This document shows, one piece after another, positions 1 to 14,100 of a stretch of DNA of 64,000 bases. Source of the DNA: Podarcis filfolensis (taxonomy: Eukaryota); assembly GCA_964270895.1 (NCBI GenBank), contig OZ185439.1; one strand, given 5' to 3'. Position numbers and translations under genes: made by a program. The notes under the pieces are model-generated. The model had not been told where the DNA came from, made no database searches, and was given only the letters and a program-made list of their open reading frames with translations. Every line of letters begins with the position of its first letter. Positions within the stretch are counted from its first letter, which is position 1.

Positions 1-38
1 AACTTGTGATGTGTTTCCATGTTAATGGAATTGTTCAG
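1..38 (+). CDS. EDRF1: EDRF1 coding exon (partial): (E)LVMCFHVNGIVQ
   Basis: Ends CAG|gtaagc, phase 0. Confidence 0.9.
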
Positions 39-823
39 GTAAGCTTTGAGTTCTGTTGCTCTGATTACTGTATTTGTTCTTGGTCAGTAAAATATTGCAC
101 AATTGTTAAGCCACAGTTTTCAAGCAGGTTTTTTTTTTCATTTAGATGGCAACCAGTTTAGGGAATCATTGCATTGGTGTATTGAAAAGGAATGTTTTGT
201 TGATACTACTTCATAAGCACATTCAGACTTGGCAAGAGATTTTAGTGGGCACGTTAATAATGAAATTCTTAAACCACAACAAAAATACGACAGGTGCATT
301 GGGTTAGTGTGTATGACTGTTAACCAGAAGGTTGGTGGTTCAAACCCACCCAGACAAGGTTGTGGGCCAGATTCCTGCATTACAGGGGTTGGACTAGATG
401 ACCCTCAGGGGAATGTTCCAACTCTACAGTTTTCTGATTCTAAGAATGCATGGAAGGCAATGACTTCCTTGTAGCATAAACAGTACTTCTAATTGGTTTT
501 TTGTTTATTTTAGAAATACGAAATGATTAAGACAGAGGATATACCCAACTTGGAAAACTCAAATTTCTCTACCAAAGTAATAAAAGATATTGCTCAAAAT
601 ATTTTATCGTTTCTGAAAGCTAACTGTACCAAAGAAGGGCATACTTATTGGCTGTTTAAAGGTGAGCATTTTTCCATTTTTTAACTTGCAGAATTACCGT
701 GATTTAGGGTAGGGAAGATTCCTAGGTTCATAGACAATTGCACAATATATTGTGCCAGTATTTTTGCCTCTTTCCTGAGGGTCTCTGCTGGGCACCTGGC
801 AATGTAGATGGTGCCCTCTCCCT

Positions 824-873
<50 letters not shown>

Positions 874-3800
874 CTCCCCATAGCATGTGGTGGCAGCACG
901 TTGTGTACACAGACTAGGGTCCTCCTGCCACAGACCCATGCTCTGTTAGACTAGGGGAAGCAGCTTGGGCTGCTCTGGTAGCTCAGGAAAAGAGCAACGT
1001 CTTATTACATGCACAATGTACCAACAGACAGGAACAGAATGTTGCTCCCTCTTGTTTTTTGTGCTTCCTTCATTCCTACTTTTCTGATGCTAGGAGGGAG
1101 GGGCTTGGAAGCGGAGCAAGGATTAGGGAGTCTAAACTGAGATCACTCTAGCCATTCTGTCTCGCATTGTTCTTTCCTTGTTTGATCATACTGGAGTGCG
1201 ACCAAAAATTCTAGTTTTTCCTTATTTTATTGTGGGACTCATACTTTTTCAAGCATACACTTATGGAAAAAATATTTTTCTTTCAGCAAGTGGAAGTGAT
1301 ATCGTAAAGCTGTATGACCTGACCACTCTCTGTGAAGAGACAGAAGATAAATACCAAAACCCCTTCACGATGCCAGTGGCAATTCTTCTTTACAAGTAAG
1401 TTTGCCTTGTATGGTTAGTACTATAAACACAGGAAAAGGTCTGAATGATACTGTTCAGCTTGAGGATTACAATCCAAATCTATGCAACCTGTAGAACACA
1501 TGGTAGAGTGCTAGGCTTGTAGCCCCACTGCAGGAAGTCAAGAAAGCTAGCATTTCTCTGCTTCCGTACTGGCGTACTTTGCCGTTGTAACAGGATGGTG
1601 GCAGAAGTCACTATGGGGATGCTAAGGAGAACTTCATGATATTGGTAGAGAACTATTATGAAGCTGTATTGAGAGAGAAAAAGTGAAGTGGGGCTGAAAG
1701 TGGTTTCTTAACTTCACTGTAAGGCCAGCCAGAGCAATTCAGTGTCCCTCCATGCTGATGAAAATTTGTCCTACGAAAAATTTCAGAGTGTTGGAATCAG
1801 ATTCATTTTTTAAAAAATCCTCCTGCAAATGTCAGGCTACAGCTGATCTTAAAGGGGTACAAAATATATAAGCCTAATTTTCTACTCATCTGTTGTATTC
1901 CACAATTCTTTTACACTAGAGGGTAAGTTCTGTTTTCTTGTTTCTCTTAGCATTATTAAATTTGAGGATTTTTAATATAAGGGTGGTGTTCATGTTGATG
2001 AAGCAGAAGAGTTCTTAACCTTTCAATATATTTAAATGCATTCCTTCAAGGGGTTTTGAGTTGGAAGGGCAGAAGTAGAAAGTGCAAAAACAAAGTATTT
2101 GATTGGACCAATGTCAAGTAAGGTCATTATAGCCTCCAGGTATTATCATTTCTGTATACAGTGGTGCCTCGCAAGACGAAATTAATTCGTTCCGCGAGTC
2201 TTTTCGTCTTGCGCGGTTTTTCGTCTTGCGAAGCACGGTCAGTCGCAACTGCACCTCTTCAACCGGTTTTAAGAAAAAAGGAAACAAACTCGCAAGACGT
2301 TTTTGTCTTGCGAAGCAAGCCCATAGGGAAAATCGTCTTGCGAAGCAACTCAAAAAACGAAAAACTATTTCGTCTTGTGAGTTTTTCGTCTTCCGAGGCA
2401 TTCGTCTTGCGAGGTACCACTGTAGTTATATCCAGAACCTGATGCAGTATTTAATTTTATGATGTAGCCTTTGTTGCAACTAAGGCAAAATTGATTTTTT
2501 CTGGGAATGTGTTTTGAAATAATCTTTAATACAAAACACCATACATGAAACTAGCTAATTTGGAAATAATAAATACAAAATTGATAACAATTGTTTCAGT
2601 AGATGCTGCACGGTCAGTATGAGAGGGCCTTTATAGTTTGCTTTCTGTTCATTTTACTTTCTCCTAGAGTTGCTTGCAATATGATGTTGAAGAAAAACCA
2701 AAACAGGAAGCATTATGGTACTATCAGAACATTACTCCTTAACTGTGTGAAGTTGCTGGACAAGGGTAGACATCCTCAGGTAAGAATTGTATTCTGAGGC
2801 AAATACCAGTGACACCTGATACCAGTGACACCTAAAGGGAAAACACTTCATGGAGAGAGAGGTCACAACTAACCCCATTAGAATAGTTAAATGAATTATG
2901 CATTAATCATTTGATTCCAGTGTACAAGTATAGGCTCCATATGCCCTAAGCAAAGCATCTGGAAAATTCATTATATTCACTCCTCTCTCTTGCTCTATTC
3001 AGCTGCAGGAGAAATCCCAAACCATGTGCATTTAGCATTATGTGAATGATCAGAAGCAAACCTTGGGCTCAAGCACTCCCGTTTTAGGTAGTTCAATAGG
3101 TAGAGCCACATGCTTTATACAGGGTGTGTATTTGGGTATGGGTGATGATCTAGGGGAGGGGTGAGTTGAATGGCCAAGAGAGAAGGGAAATTTGGCTTCT
3201 TGTAAACATGGTGGTTTGCCTTCTGTTGGAGCAGAAAACTGGGTCATCAAAAAAGTGGCTTAATCTCTGTCTTGTACTCAGTTTCTTAAAAAGTCAGGTC
3301 CATCTCATTCAGTATTGCCTATATTGCTTGCCAGTGACTCTCCTACAGGGGAGCCCTAAGTGCAGATGCCAGTGACTGAATCTGGGAACTGGTGTTTCTC
3401 TCCCCCAAAGGCCTGGCTGTTCTTTATTCCCCACCTGCACTCCAGCCAAGGCGGATAGTTCCATTTTTTTCTTCCTCTCCTAGCCCCCGAGGCTTCATTT
3501 TTTTCTTCCTCACATTATCTACCTTTCCTTAACTTTTAAAGGCATAAAAATGTTGGTGTCTGTAACTTTGAGAAACCACTTGAATTGATCTTTCCCCTTT
3601 TCTGAATAAAGATTATTGCTTCAGCAAACTACATGCTCTCAGAACTGTTCCAGCTTGATGAGCCAAAAAAAGAAGAGGGCGGTGAGTTCCCCTTAAATGG
3701 TAATTCTGATGAAAGCTACAGTGAGGAGGAAGAGGAAATGCCTGATAGTGATGAAAATGGTTCCTATAGTACCAGCTCAGATCCTCCTGATGACAACAAA

Positions 3801-6800
3801 GCAGTTGCTGTAATAAAATCAGTTGGAGAACTGTCTGTACCTGAAAAATACAAATCTACTCATCAAATACGTGTAAGTGTTAACTGGCTCAATTGAGATT
3901 GAGATTATATTTTGTAATAAGACATAATCGTGTTAATTAGCATACCTTTGCCAGGGAAATTAGTATGAGGTAAAGCTTTCTCTCAAATGCCAGCTATCAC
4001 CACAATACTAAAAAGGCATAGAGGAAGGCATAGGACATTTTCACCGTATATATGTATTTTTCTTCCATAGAATAATGTGTGGAAAGTGAATAATTTTTCT
4101 TAATAGTTTATTTCTGAAGATCGGGGGTTTTCTGAGTGACGTTTTTGAGGAAAATAGCCAGGGTCAAACTAGGGCAGTAGGTCTTGGGAAAATAGATGTG
4201 GCTGCAGTATGGTGCTTATTTAAATGTTTTCAGTCAGTCGTCATTAGCTTAGCTTCATTATATCCTAATAAGAATATTGAAAGCCTGAGTCCATAGCCCT
4301 TTTTAAAGATTTAACTTTATTGAGAACATAATCATTGATTATTCCTCTAATGGCTTCTGATGAGAGGAATTTCTGTTGAATTCTTCTGATTCAATGCAGC
4401 TGTTTTCTTTTGTCTTTTCTGTGCAGCCTAGTTGTGCATTTCCAGTTTGCCACGACACTGAAGAAAGGTGCAGACTAGTGCTCAACTATGTTCTTGAGGT
4501 AAGTTTTGTTTTACTAATTGTTTTAATGCATTGGATCCTAACATCCTTTGAAAGTGCAAATAATAACTAAAAGGCTTTTTCTTTTTGTTTAAAACAGGGC
4601 TTAAAATCTGTAGACAGCAGCATCAAGAAGGAAAGTGATCTTCCTGCAGCAGATCCCAGCACTCCCATTCCATTAAAGTATGAAGATGAATCAACAAGTG
4701 TTGGACCTGAGTGTCTTGAAAAGCAGATGGCCTTGTTTTTAGACAAAAGTAAGCTTGTCTTACACCCTCTTCTCAAATTTAGTAGAATTAAAAAAAAAAA
4801 GCTTTTTGATGGAAGCTTTTGGTCATCAATAGCAGCTCCCCCCTTTTTTCTGAAGTTAACATTATTTTTGGTGGTATTTCCTTTTACTGTGTTCTTTCAT
4901 TGTTTTCATGGCTGCTTTATTGTATTTATTGTTGTCAAACTATTTTGAAAATGTTTAATTTTATTAACTTGTGCTGTTGAGGAAAGGCAGGTTATAAACA
5001 TTCAAAATCATTAAATTGTGCTGCCAATTAACCTTTTCAGTTTTAAGCTATGGCTGCTACATTGCTTTATAATTTACTAGTGGGGAGTTCCCAGTGCTGC
5101 CTGAGAATTTTTAGAAACCAAAAAAATGTGATTTTTAAATGGGTAGGGCAATTTGTGAGTTTGGACCCATCATGTCAAAAATTGGTGAAGTCAAACCAAA
5201 GTCACATTTTGGCCGCCATCTTGATTCAAAATGGCACCCGGTCCCCAAATGTCAAGTGAAGACTCCCATCCTGGGAACATTTCTGCCAATTTTGACAACA
5301 GTATGTCGATAAGTGGCTAAACCTATAGAGAAAAGATTCCTAAGAATGAATTGCTTTATTTTTTAATTATAGTGGGCTCATTTCGGGAAGTTAAACATTC
5401 TAGTCAGTCAGGAATGATCCCTGGATCCTGGCAGTACAAAATGAAGCTTCAGCTGATCTTGAAATCCTCAAAGGCTTACTATGTTCTCTCTGATGCTGCT
5501 GTGAGTCTTCAGAAATATGGGAGAGCATTACGGTACATAAAACTAGCTTTACAGTGCCATGGTAAGTTGGAATATTTTTATTGTAGGTTCTAGATATAAA
5601 ATGGCAATTGGTTATAATACTCAGCCTATGTCTGCACTCTACATTCATGAACAAGAAGGAGCTACTATGGACTTCCATGTTTCCCTCCTCTCTTCCTCCT
5701 GTAGTAGGGAAAAGAACTTTGGTGGAGTTTAGATTCACCATCCATGACGCATGACTTGTTATATACAGACAAAATATTGTGTATTAAACACTGGTTAGTT
5801 ACAGAAGTCAGCTATATAATCCATGGTTTGTAGTTGACGTATTTAGAAACTGACCAGAGTTTGTTTTAGATGGTCAGACCTAATAAGGCCCACAGACTGG
5901 AGATTTTCCAGCACTGTTTTAAAGCCTTCTTTAAAAGCACACTTCCAGCACATTCCCTCACACTCCGGTATTTTGAATTCATATGCCCTTAGAGAAATTG
6001 CAAGGAACATGTGATGCATTTTACCACATTGAATAAAAAGCTGAAAAGAAGAGGTGATATAACCCCAGAACCTGGGTGTGTAATGTTGCTCTAGCCCTGG
6101 GGTAGTCAACTTATTTATACCTACTGCCCACTAATTCATCTTTCTTGATGGTAAAATTTCCTTACCGCCCACCAGTACTCGATGGAAGGAGGATTCAGCT
6201 TGTGCCGTAGAACCCCCTACCGCCCACCTAGATTCCTGAAACACCCACTAGTGGGTGGTAGGGACCAGGTTGACATCCCCTGCTCTAGCCAATGTACAGT
6301 TGTCATTATCATAATATTTGAGAACACAGCTGTGCTTGGTACTGGCAATCTAAGTTGACAAGTTTGAACTTGTATAAATAAGCATGCATACATTAATGCT
6401 TCCAGAAGATGATGAGGAGGAGGATTTATTGAATTTATATACCATCCTATATCGTACATGTGCACAGTTTCTTTGTGTGGCTTCATATCAAAAAGGCATT
6501 CTGTTCACTGGCTTCCTTTCTTACTTCCCTCCAACTAGATACATATTGCTGCCTCTGCACGAACATGCTTTCTGAAGTACTCCTGTTTCTTTGTCAGAGT
6601 TTAACTCTTTGTGGCGATATCCAACTAATGCTGGCCCAGAATGCAAACAACAGAGCTGCATATCTTGAAGAGTATAACTATCAAACAAAAGAAGATCAGG
6701 AAATACTACATAGTCTTCACAGAGAATCCAGTTGCCAAGGTAATGATTTAGTATCTGAATTACAGTGTATTCAGCTAATTGGTTCTTTATTTACTCCTGA

Positions 6801-8149
6801 TATTTATACACCACATTTCACTGTACAGGATCACAAAGTGGTCTACACAACAATCTGTAAAGCAATACATAAAATAATGCTTTGTTTAAAACCAAAGGAT
6901 ACAGGTGGAACCAAAAGGTAAAGGTAAAAACATAAGGGGCATCAACACAGTTGTAGGTTGGGTTGTATATATTTGTAGCATAGTTTTTGGAAGGTCCTGT
7001 TCAAAATAGGAGAGAGGTATTTGCAGGTGGAGTCAGCATTCTTGGTCAAGATGCTGCTGATCCCATCCTTTCTTCTTCCCTTGCTCTGTCTTCTTAAAAG
7101 ACATGAAAAATGCCCTGGACCAAAATAATATTTGCATAAACTTTAAAACGTATCACACTTGGCTTGGCAGAGGATGGAGATCCTTGTTCGTTTCATCCAT
7201 TGGCAGCAGTTTTTGCTAAAGGTCTCACTAAACTGTAAATTACCATGGCATCTAAATACAGACAGTGGTGATAAGACTATACAAAACAAATGCAGACAGT
7301 GCTGAAGTCCCTGTGGAATGGTAGTTTTCACTCTTTGGATGTCCCCTGCTTAAACTACTGAGTACAGGTTTCACAGCTGCAGGGTTCAGACAATTGCTCC
7401 ACTCCTTTGAGGAATGGGGGTTATGGGGCCAGGTGAGCTAGTCCTGCGCTTGTCACCATGCCCCATTTTCTGCATGTAAAGAAGTGGGTAGCAATCCTCT
7501 GTACAAGGGCAGTGCTTAACTGTGTGGCCCCACTGCTGAACACCTACTCACCCAGAATAGGGCATAGAGAGAATTTTATTATTTCTAACCATATAGTATC
7601 ACTTTGCAATGAATGCTTGAGACACTTGTGCAGCAATGTTCCAGACAGTACTCAAATGGCCACCGAAAGGTTTTTTTCGCATTCATAAAATTAAATCAAT
7701 ATAAAGTATTTTTATAACAAAACCATTCATTTTGCAGAGCTTTTAAAAGCTGTAAAGTTCTTTATACACAGATTATAATCTCTTGAGTGGCTGTTGTCAA
7801 TTGTTTCGAATACACTTTTATGATTCTTTAGAAATAGCGATATAGCAAAAAATTACAGTGGTGTATTAATTTTCTCTTCTAGTATTTTCTTGGGCTACTG
7901 ACTTGTCTACAGATTTGGAATGCCAGCTTTCAATTAGCTGCAAATGCTATGAGGCAGCTAATGAAATTTTGCTTTTTAGTAATTTAAAAGGGCAGAATCC
8001 AGAACAATATACACAAGTGCTGAAGAGAATGGGTAACATCCGAAATGAAATTGGAGTATTTTACATGAACCAAGCTGCTGCTTTACAGAGTGAAAGAGGG
8101 GGCAAGTATATTTATCTATTTCTATTTATCTACACACACACACACACTC

Positions 8150-8201
<52 letters not shown>

Positions 8202-11131
8202 CTACTGGTGTTTTAATTTTTGTTAGATGTAGGATTTTTAATGATCTGAAAAGAAGACTAAAATTGGAAGATACAGTAAAGATCATGGTTTATTGTGCAG
8301 TACAAAGTAAATTCAGTTTTTGGAAACTGCCCTATATATCCTAAAGGTAATTGAAACAAAAGCCCTGCAGTGGAGATGGAACCACTTCCATCACAAGGGA
8401 CTGGTACAGACTTAACATAACCATTGCCAACCACAGCAAAATGATTGGGAACAGGGGATTGGATCTCCTCCCCCTCCTCCCCTGACACTTTCCTTGAATG
8501 CCAAGCTGTGTTCAAATCTAGCTTAATACAGAACTTGCATTAGTGGTAATCATTACTAATGTTTGTGGCCCTGCAGCCTTGTGCCATCCCTTGATAGGTA
8601 AGAGACAGGCTGCATTACATCTGCTCTGGCCTGTACAATTGCTTGGCACTAACACTTGGAATTAATTGAAGATAAGGATTTGAAACATTTTTTCTCTCTA
8701 AATTAGTGCTGACATATAAGCTAGAGGCCTAGATTTTGTTTTGTTTTTTTCCAGTCTGCATGCCATAAATATGACCAATAGTGTTTTCAGGTCTATTGTG
8801 CAGAAAAGGTAGAAGAGAATATGTACCATAGGGAAGATTGTCATAGAAAATCATATAGGCTAAATGTTTCTTTATAACCAGGCCTTTGGCTGATTAAGCA
8901 TTCTGTAGGCGTTTTGGTGTGTTTGTGGGAGGTGGGGTTATTGGTTTGCTTTTGTTTTATTATGTATTTTGTATTCTCATTTTGTATTTGTATGCTGTGA
9001 ACCTTTGGATAAAGGTCAGTATACAAATTTAATAAAGAAGAAGATTTAAAATTGATTTTCCTGTTGAACACTAGTTTCTTCAACAGGATTTTGCTAAATT
9101 TGAATATAATTATTTATAGTCGGGGGGACTAAGATCACTTTGTTTTTCAATGTTTTTCAATGCTGGAGTAGTTGGTGAAATATTCTCTTTGGAGACATCT
9201 TCCCTTTCTGGAGGCAATTGTCCTTATGGGTTCTATAAAATTACATTTAGGTCCTTTAATGTAGCACTTTTTGAGCCACTATAAATAAGATAATACAGTT
9301 CTCGCTGGCAGCCATCTTGGAAGCCATATTTCTGAGAAGAAAGACTACTTAAATTTCAGAATGGCATTAAAATAGCTAATCCATGGAAGTACACATACTA
9401 CTGATTTCTTAAAATGTACCTCTTTCTCTTTCGACTGTTCTAGAGAACAAAACTGTATCTGCAGCAGAACAGCAACTTTGGAAGAAAAGCTTCTCTTGTT
9501 TCGAAAAAGGGATTCAAAACTTTGAATCCATTGACGATGCAACCAATTCTGCTCTTCTCTTGTGTAATATGGGAAGATTAATGCGGATTTGTGCTCATGC
9601 TCACTGTGCTGCTGCAGTAGACTTCAAAAGAGAATTTTCCCATGAAGAGGCTCTTTATTATAATAAGGTAACAACCACCCCAATCATCTTAAGCTGATTG
9701 CAATTCCTAGATAAAAGAGTAGGTCTCTACTGTGATTAGTGGATGCCTAAACATACAGAAATCCTATGTTGCCTTTTTGAAATGAATATTTATTGAGTAT
9801 TTCTGTCTTGGATTTAGATTATATGTCTATGTAAGTTTAGTTCCAAAAATATAAGAAATGTTTACAGTGGTACCTTGGGTTAAGTACTTAATTTGTTCCG
9901 GAGGTCCGTTCTTAACCTGAAACTGTTCTTAACCTGAAGCGCCACTTTAGCTAATGGGGCCTCCTGCTGCTGCCGTGCCGCCGGAGCACGATTTGTGTTC
10001 TCATCCTGAAGCAATGTTCTTAACCCGAGGTACTATTTCTGGGTTAGCGGAGTCTGTAACCTGAAGCGTATGTAACCCGAGGTACCACTGTACTAGAATA
10101 GGGATGAAATAAGCTTTTAAATATCTTCACTCTGAAGATACATTTCATATTCCTTTTCCACTGGCTCATTTCTACAAGTTACTGCTTGTATCGGTCTACT
10201 CACGAGAATAATGTGATGTCAGTTAAGGATCTTATGGAACTCTCAGTGGCAGCTCAGTTGTAACGAGAGACGGCTATTGTGTTCATGCCCTGCTTTCCTA
10301 AGGCATCCATGAGAATGCATTGTTGAACCAGATGAGACTTTGGGGTCTAATCCAGCAAGGCTCATACATTCTTAGCTTTTTTGGTTGTGCTTTTTTGCAT
10401 GCCCTGTAGCCCTCCTCATGAAAGATGCAGCTAAAACATCTGTGGGTACTCTTATCTGATGTTACTTAATACTTATTTGAGTAATCTGCTAGTGTAAATA
10501 GGCAAGTAAATATTCTGAGCCGACATGGTCTCACCAAGTTAATCAAAACTTTCTTGTTTAGAATTAAACCCTTGATACTGAGGGGAACAATAGAGACCAT
10601 GGTTAGTGAACATGTACTTCTCACAGAGTTGTTCAGCCTGTTTTTACTTTTATAAAAGGTACAGCATGGGGGGGGGGTGAATATAGGAGGTTCAGATTGC
10701 AATTGAGTTCATTGGATAATGTATGGAGAATATGCACGTTAGCGGTGAAAATGTTCACTTATCAGTGTACATGCCGCCAGAGTGGCTAAAATAATAGAGT
10801 GATAATTATGTTTAATAATAGGTCATATCCTGTTCAATTATTGCAGACACCCTGTATTCAGAATCAATAAGTATTCAGTACCTACTATGTAAATATAAAT
10901 ACATAAATATTAGTAATGAATACAAGCCTGTCAACAACTTATTTTGCTATGCAATGATTTAATTCTGTAGGCTGTTGACTACTATCTGAAGGCCTTGAGG
11001 TCCCTGGGTGAAAGGGAAGTTCATCCTGCTGTTTGGGATTCTGTCAACTGGGAGCTGTCTACCACCTACTTTACTATGGCAACTCTGCTGCAAGATTATG
11101 CTCCCTTATCCAGAAAGGCTCAAGAACAGGT

Positions 11132-11180
<49 letters not shown>

Positions 11181-14100
11181 AAGAACTAACCATTCCTGTA
11201 GCACTTAAAATAGAAAAGAGGAAGAAGGACTCAGATTCATGTTGAATATAGTATTTGAATCATCAATAGAAAAATTAGGTGATCATGATGATGATTGCTG
11301 CAAGAATGGTTTCTAAGCATTTCTTAGCTATATAGGCTTTTTACTTACCTTGAGCAAATACTATTGCATGCATCTCTGTCCTTTCTGAAGCCCACACTCT
11401 GGTAGCAGCCATATGTATCTATGTTGACAGATCAATCGTAGATTATGGCATCCTGCATAGTGTTGTACAAATGTTAATTCTTCTTTGATGATCACTCATA
11501 GCCGAGTAAGATTGTCTTCCATTAATTTGGTCTTAACTGTGTGTCCGTGACTGTGGAGGCCAATTCTGGATCCACACGTCCTTCCACAGTGGAGACATAG
11601 GTTTCCGCGCAGGAGTTGATCACTGCGAAGATTTGCCAAACGTGCCTTCCTCTTAGCATGTTTTTCCCTTTCACCCTGAGTTTGTGCTTCTTCAAAGTCC
11701 ATGACGCCTTTGGTAAAGGCTATTCTCCAACTGGAGCACTCGCAGGCCAGTGTTTCCCAATTATCTGTGCTTATACTGCATTTTTTTTTTGTTTTGCCTT
11801 TAGAGCGTCTTTAAACCTCTTTTGTTGTCCACTGGCATTTTGTTTTCCATTCTTAAGTTGGGAATGGAGTAGTTGCTTTGAAAAATGATAATCAGGCATC
11901 CGAACAGCATGATCAGTCCAGTGAAGTTGATGTTTAAGAATCATTGTTTCTACACTGGTGATCTTTGCTTCTTCCAGTACACTGACATTAGTTCACCTGT
12001 CTTCCCTGTATAAATGTTATGGGAGTAGGAGCAGTATTTCTTAATTTTTCTTATTCATGAAAATAAATAATGCCAAATACTCTATTTTGAGAAATTCATG
12101 TATTGCAAGGTATTGCAAAGTATTGCAATACTACAAATTTTGAAAGCTTTTTCTTTGTGTGTTAGATAGAAAAAGAAGTTAGCGAGTCAATGATGAAATC
12201 CTTGAAATATTGTGATGTTGACACAGTGTCTGCACGGCAGCCCCTTTGCCAGTACCGGGCAGCTACAGTTCACCACAGGCTGGCTTCCATGTATCACAGC
12301 TGTTTGAGAAACCAGGTATTTGTCCAAAGAGAATCTACAATAATGTGTCTCTGATGGTGCACGCTTAATATATATTGATTAGTATATATCTCATATGTAA
12401 ACAGAGGGTCATAGTGTTTTATTTTTTAAGCATAGGTTTGTTACATTTTTTAAAGTGTGGATTTCTGACTTGTTGATTTATGGCCACATCGATGTCTGCA
12501 TGACACTATTGGCTTTTCCAGGTAGTTGGTAAACTTCTTTTATTCTCAGTAATTATGCTAGCCTTGATACATCAGCAGTAGCATCATTGTGTGGTACTCT
12601 GGCAGGAAGATGTTACTACATCCATTAGGTTTCTAAACATATTTAATAGCACATATATTTTATAAGAAGAATCTTGTAAAACAGTTACAAGGAGAAATTG
12701 ATTTCATATGCTTCCTGCTAAACATGTATTTTCTGTAAATATTTAAGTTATGTAGTAAGCATTGTTAAAGGGGGGATATGCTTTACCATAATACATAAAA
12801 CTATGCTTTTTATTCACCTGAACAAATTTCAAACAATTTTTTTTTGTCAAAGGTTGGTGATGAACATCAGCGGAAACAGCATAGAGTACTAGTAGATCTT
12901 CATTACAGTAAAGCTGTGAAGTTTTTTCACCTCCTGAAGGATGTGCCATGTGAGCTTCTTCGTGTACAGCTGGAAAGAGTAGCATTTGCAGAATTTCAGA
13001 TGGCAAGTAAGTTGAACAGTTGTTCTATTCTGAATAAATATTTTTCAAACTTTTTTTCAAAAATAATGATGAACAGCAGTTCCCTGGGATGAAACAGAAT
13101 TTGCTAATTGGTTCACTAGACTTGTCTTAAACTCAAAATATTATTAAAGAAAGAATTTTGTAATTGACAAGTACTTAGTATATTAATATCATTCTTATCT
13201 ACTTCTAGGTCAAAATAGCAGTGCTGGAAAACTAAAGACTTTGTCTGGGGCTTTGGATATAATGGTAAAGACCCAGTCTGTGTTTCAGCTCATCAGAAAG
13301 GAACTTGTTGCTGAATTTGAACAGGTAAACTACCTATTATTATTATTTTATAGATGTTTGTGGTTCTGTCATGTTACATGATTGTTTACACTGGTTTAGA
13401 ATTGAGTAAAATATATGTTTGAATGGTTGTGTTATACTTAATGTCTGTATTTTTAAATACCCCCCAGCAGCTTTTTTTAAATTTCCCTATAATTGCATAA
13501 TTACATACATGTGCTGATACTTAACCCTTTTTTATTGTTTGAGCAAATCTGTACACCACTTTTCAAAACCAAAAATTCTCCCCAAAGCAGCTCACAGTGT
13601 TCTTTTGTTAAGACTAGAGAACCATTTTCATAAGTGTCTTTTCTGTTTAGAGACTTGAGGATAACAAAAGCAATGTGGAAAGTGTGCCTGCTGAAGACTC
13701 ATCCACTAGCCTCAATAAGGAGGAAATTGTAAAACTCCTTGGTATATTTGAGTCTCGATTGTCTTTCCTCCTTCTTCAGTCCATCAAACTGCTTACATCA
13801 ACTAAAAGGAAAGTTGGGTAAGTCAGTACATGGTACTATTTCTCTTAACTTCTTTGCTTTGCATGAACTGCTTACATCAACTAAAAGGAAAGTTGGGTAA
13901 GTCAGTACATGGTACTATTTCTCTTAACTTCTTTGCTTTGCATGAATTGTTTTTTATTGAGCTTTGGATCCAAACTATATCATTTACAGAAAGAGAGCAG
14001 CAATAGCATTGTTCTGCAGAGTTCACTCAGTGCTATAGCAGATGAGGTTTGTAGTAGTACTACATAAACAGACCTATTTGGGGATTTAGTTTTTTGTGCA

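Noticed and set aside
293-353. Functional tRNA-Asn gene
   Set aside because: Acceptor stem is not intact, CpGs have decayed, and it is fused to a CR1-like tail: a SINE relic.
681-939. Lys/Glu/Arg-repeat ORFs (KKERKKER...)
   Set aside because: Translation of the (TTTC)n microsatellite.
2803-2833. Short direct repeats (15 bp x2 here; also 10 bp x3 at 12100-12129 and one near 53205-53245)
   Set aside because: Ordinary intronic slippage duplications that do not alter splice signals.
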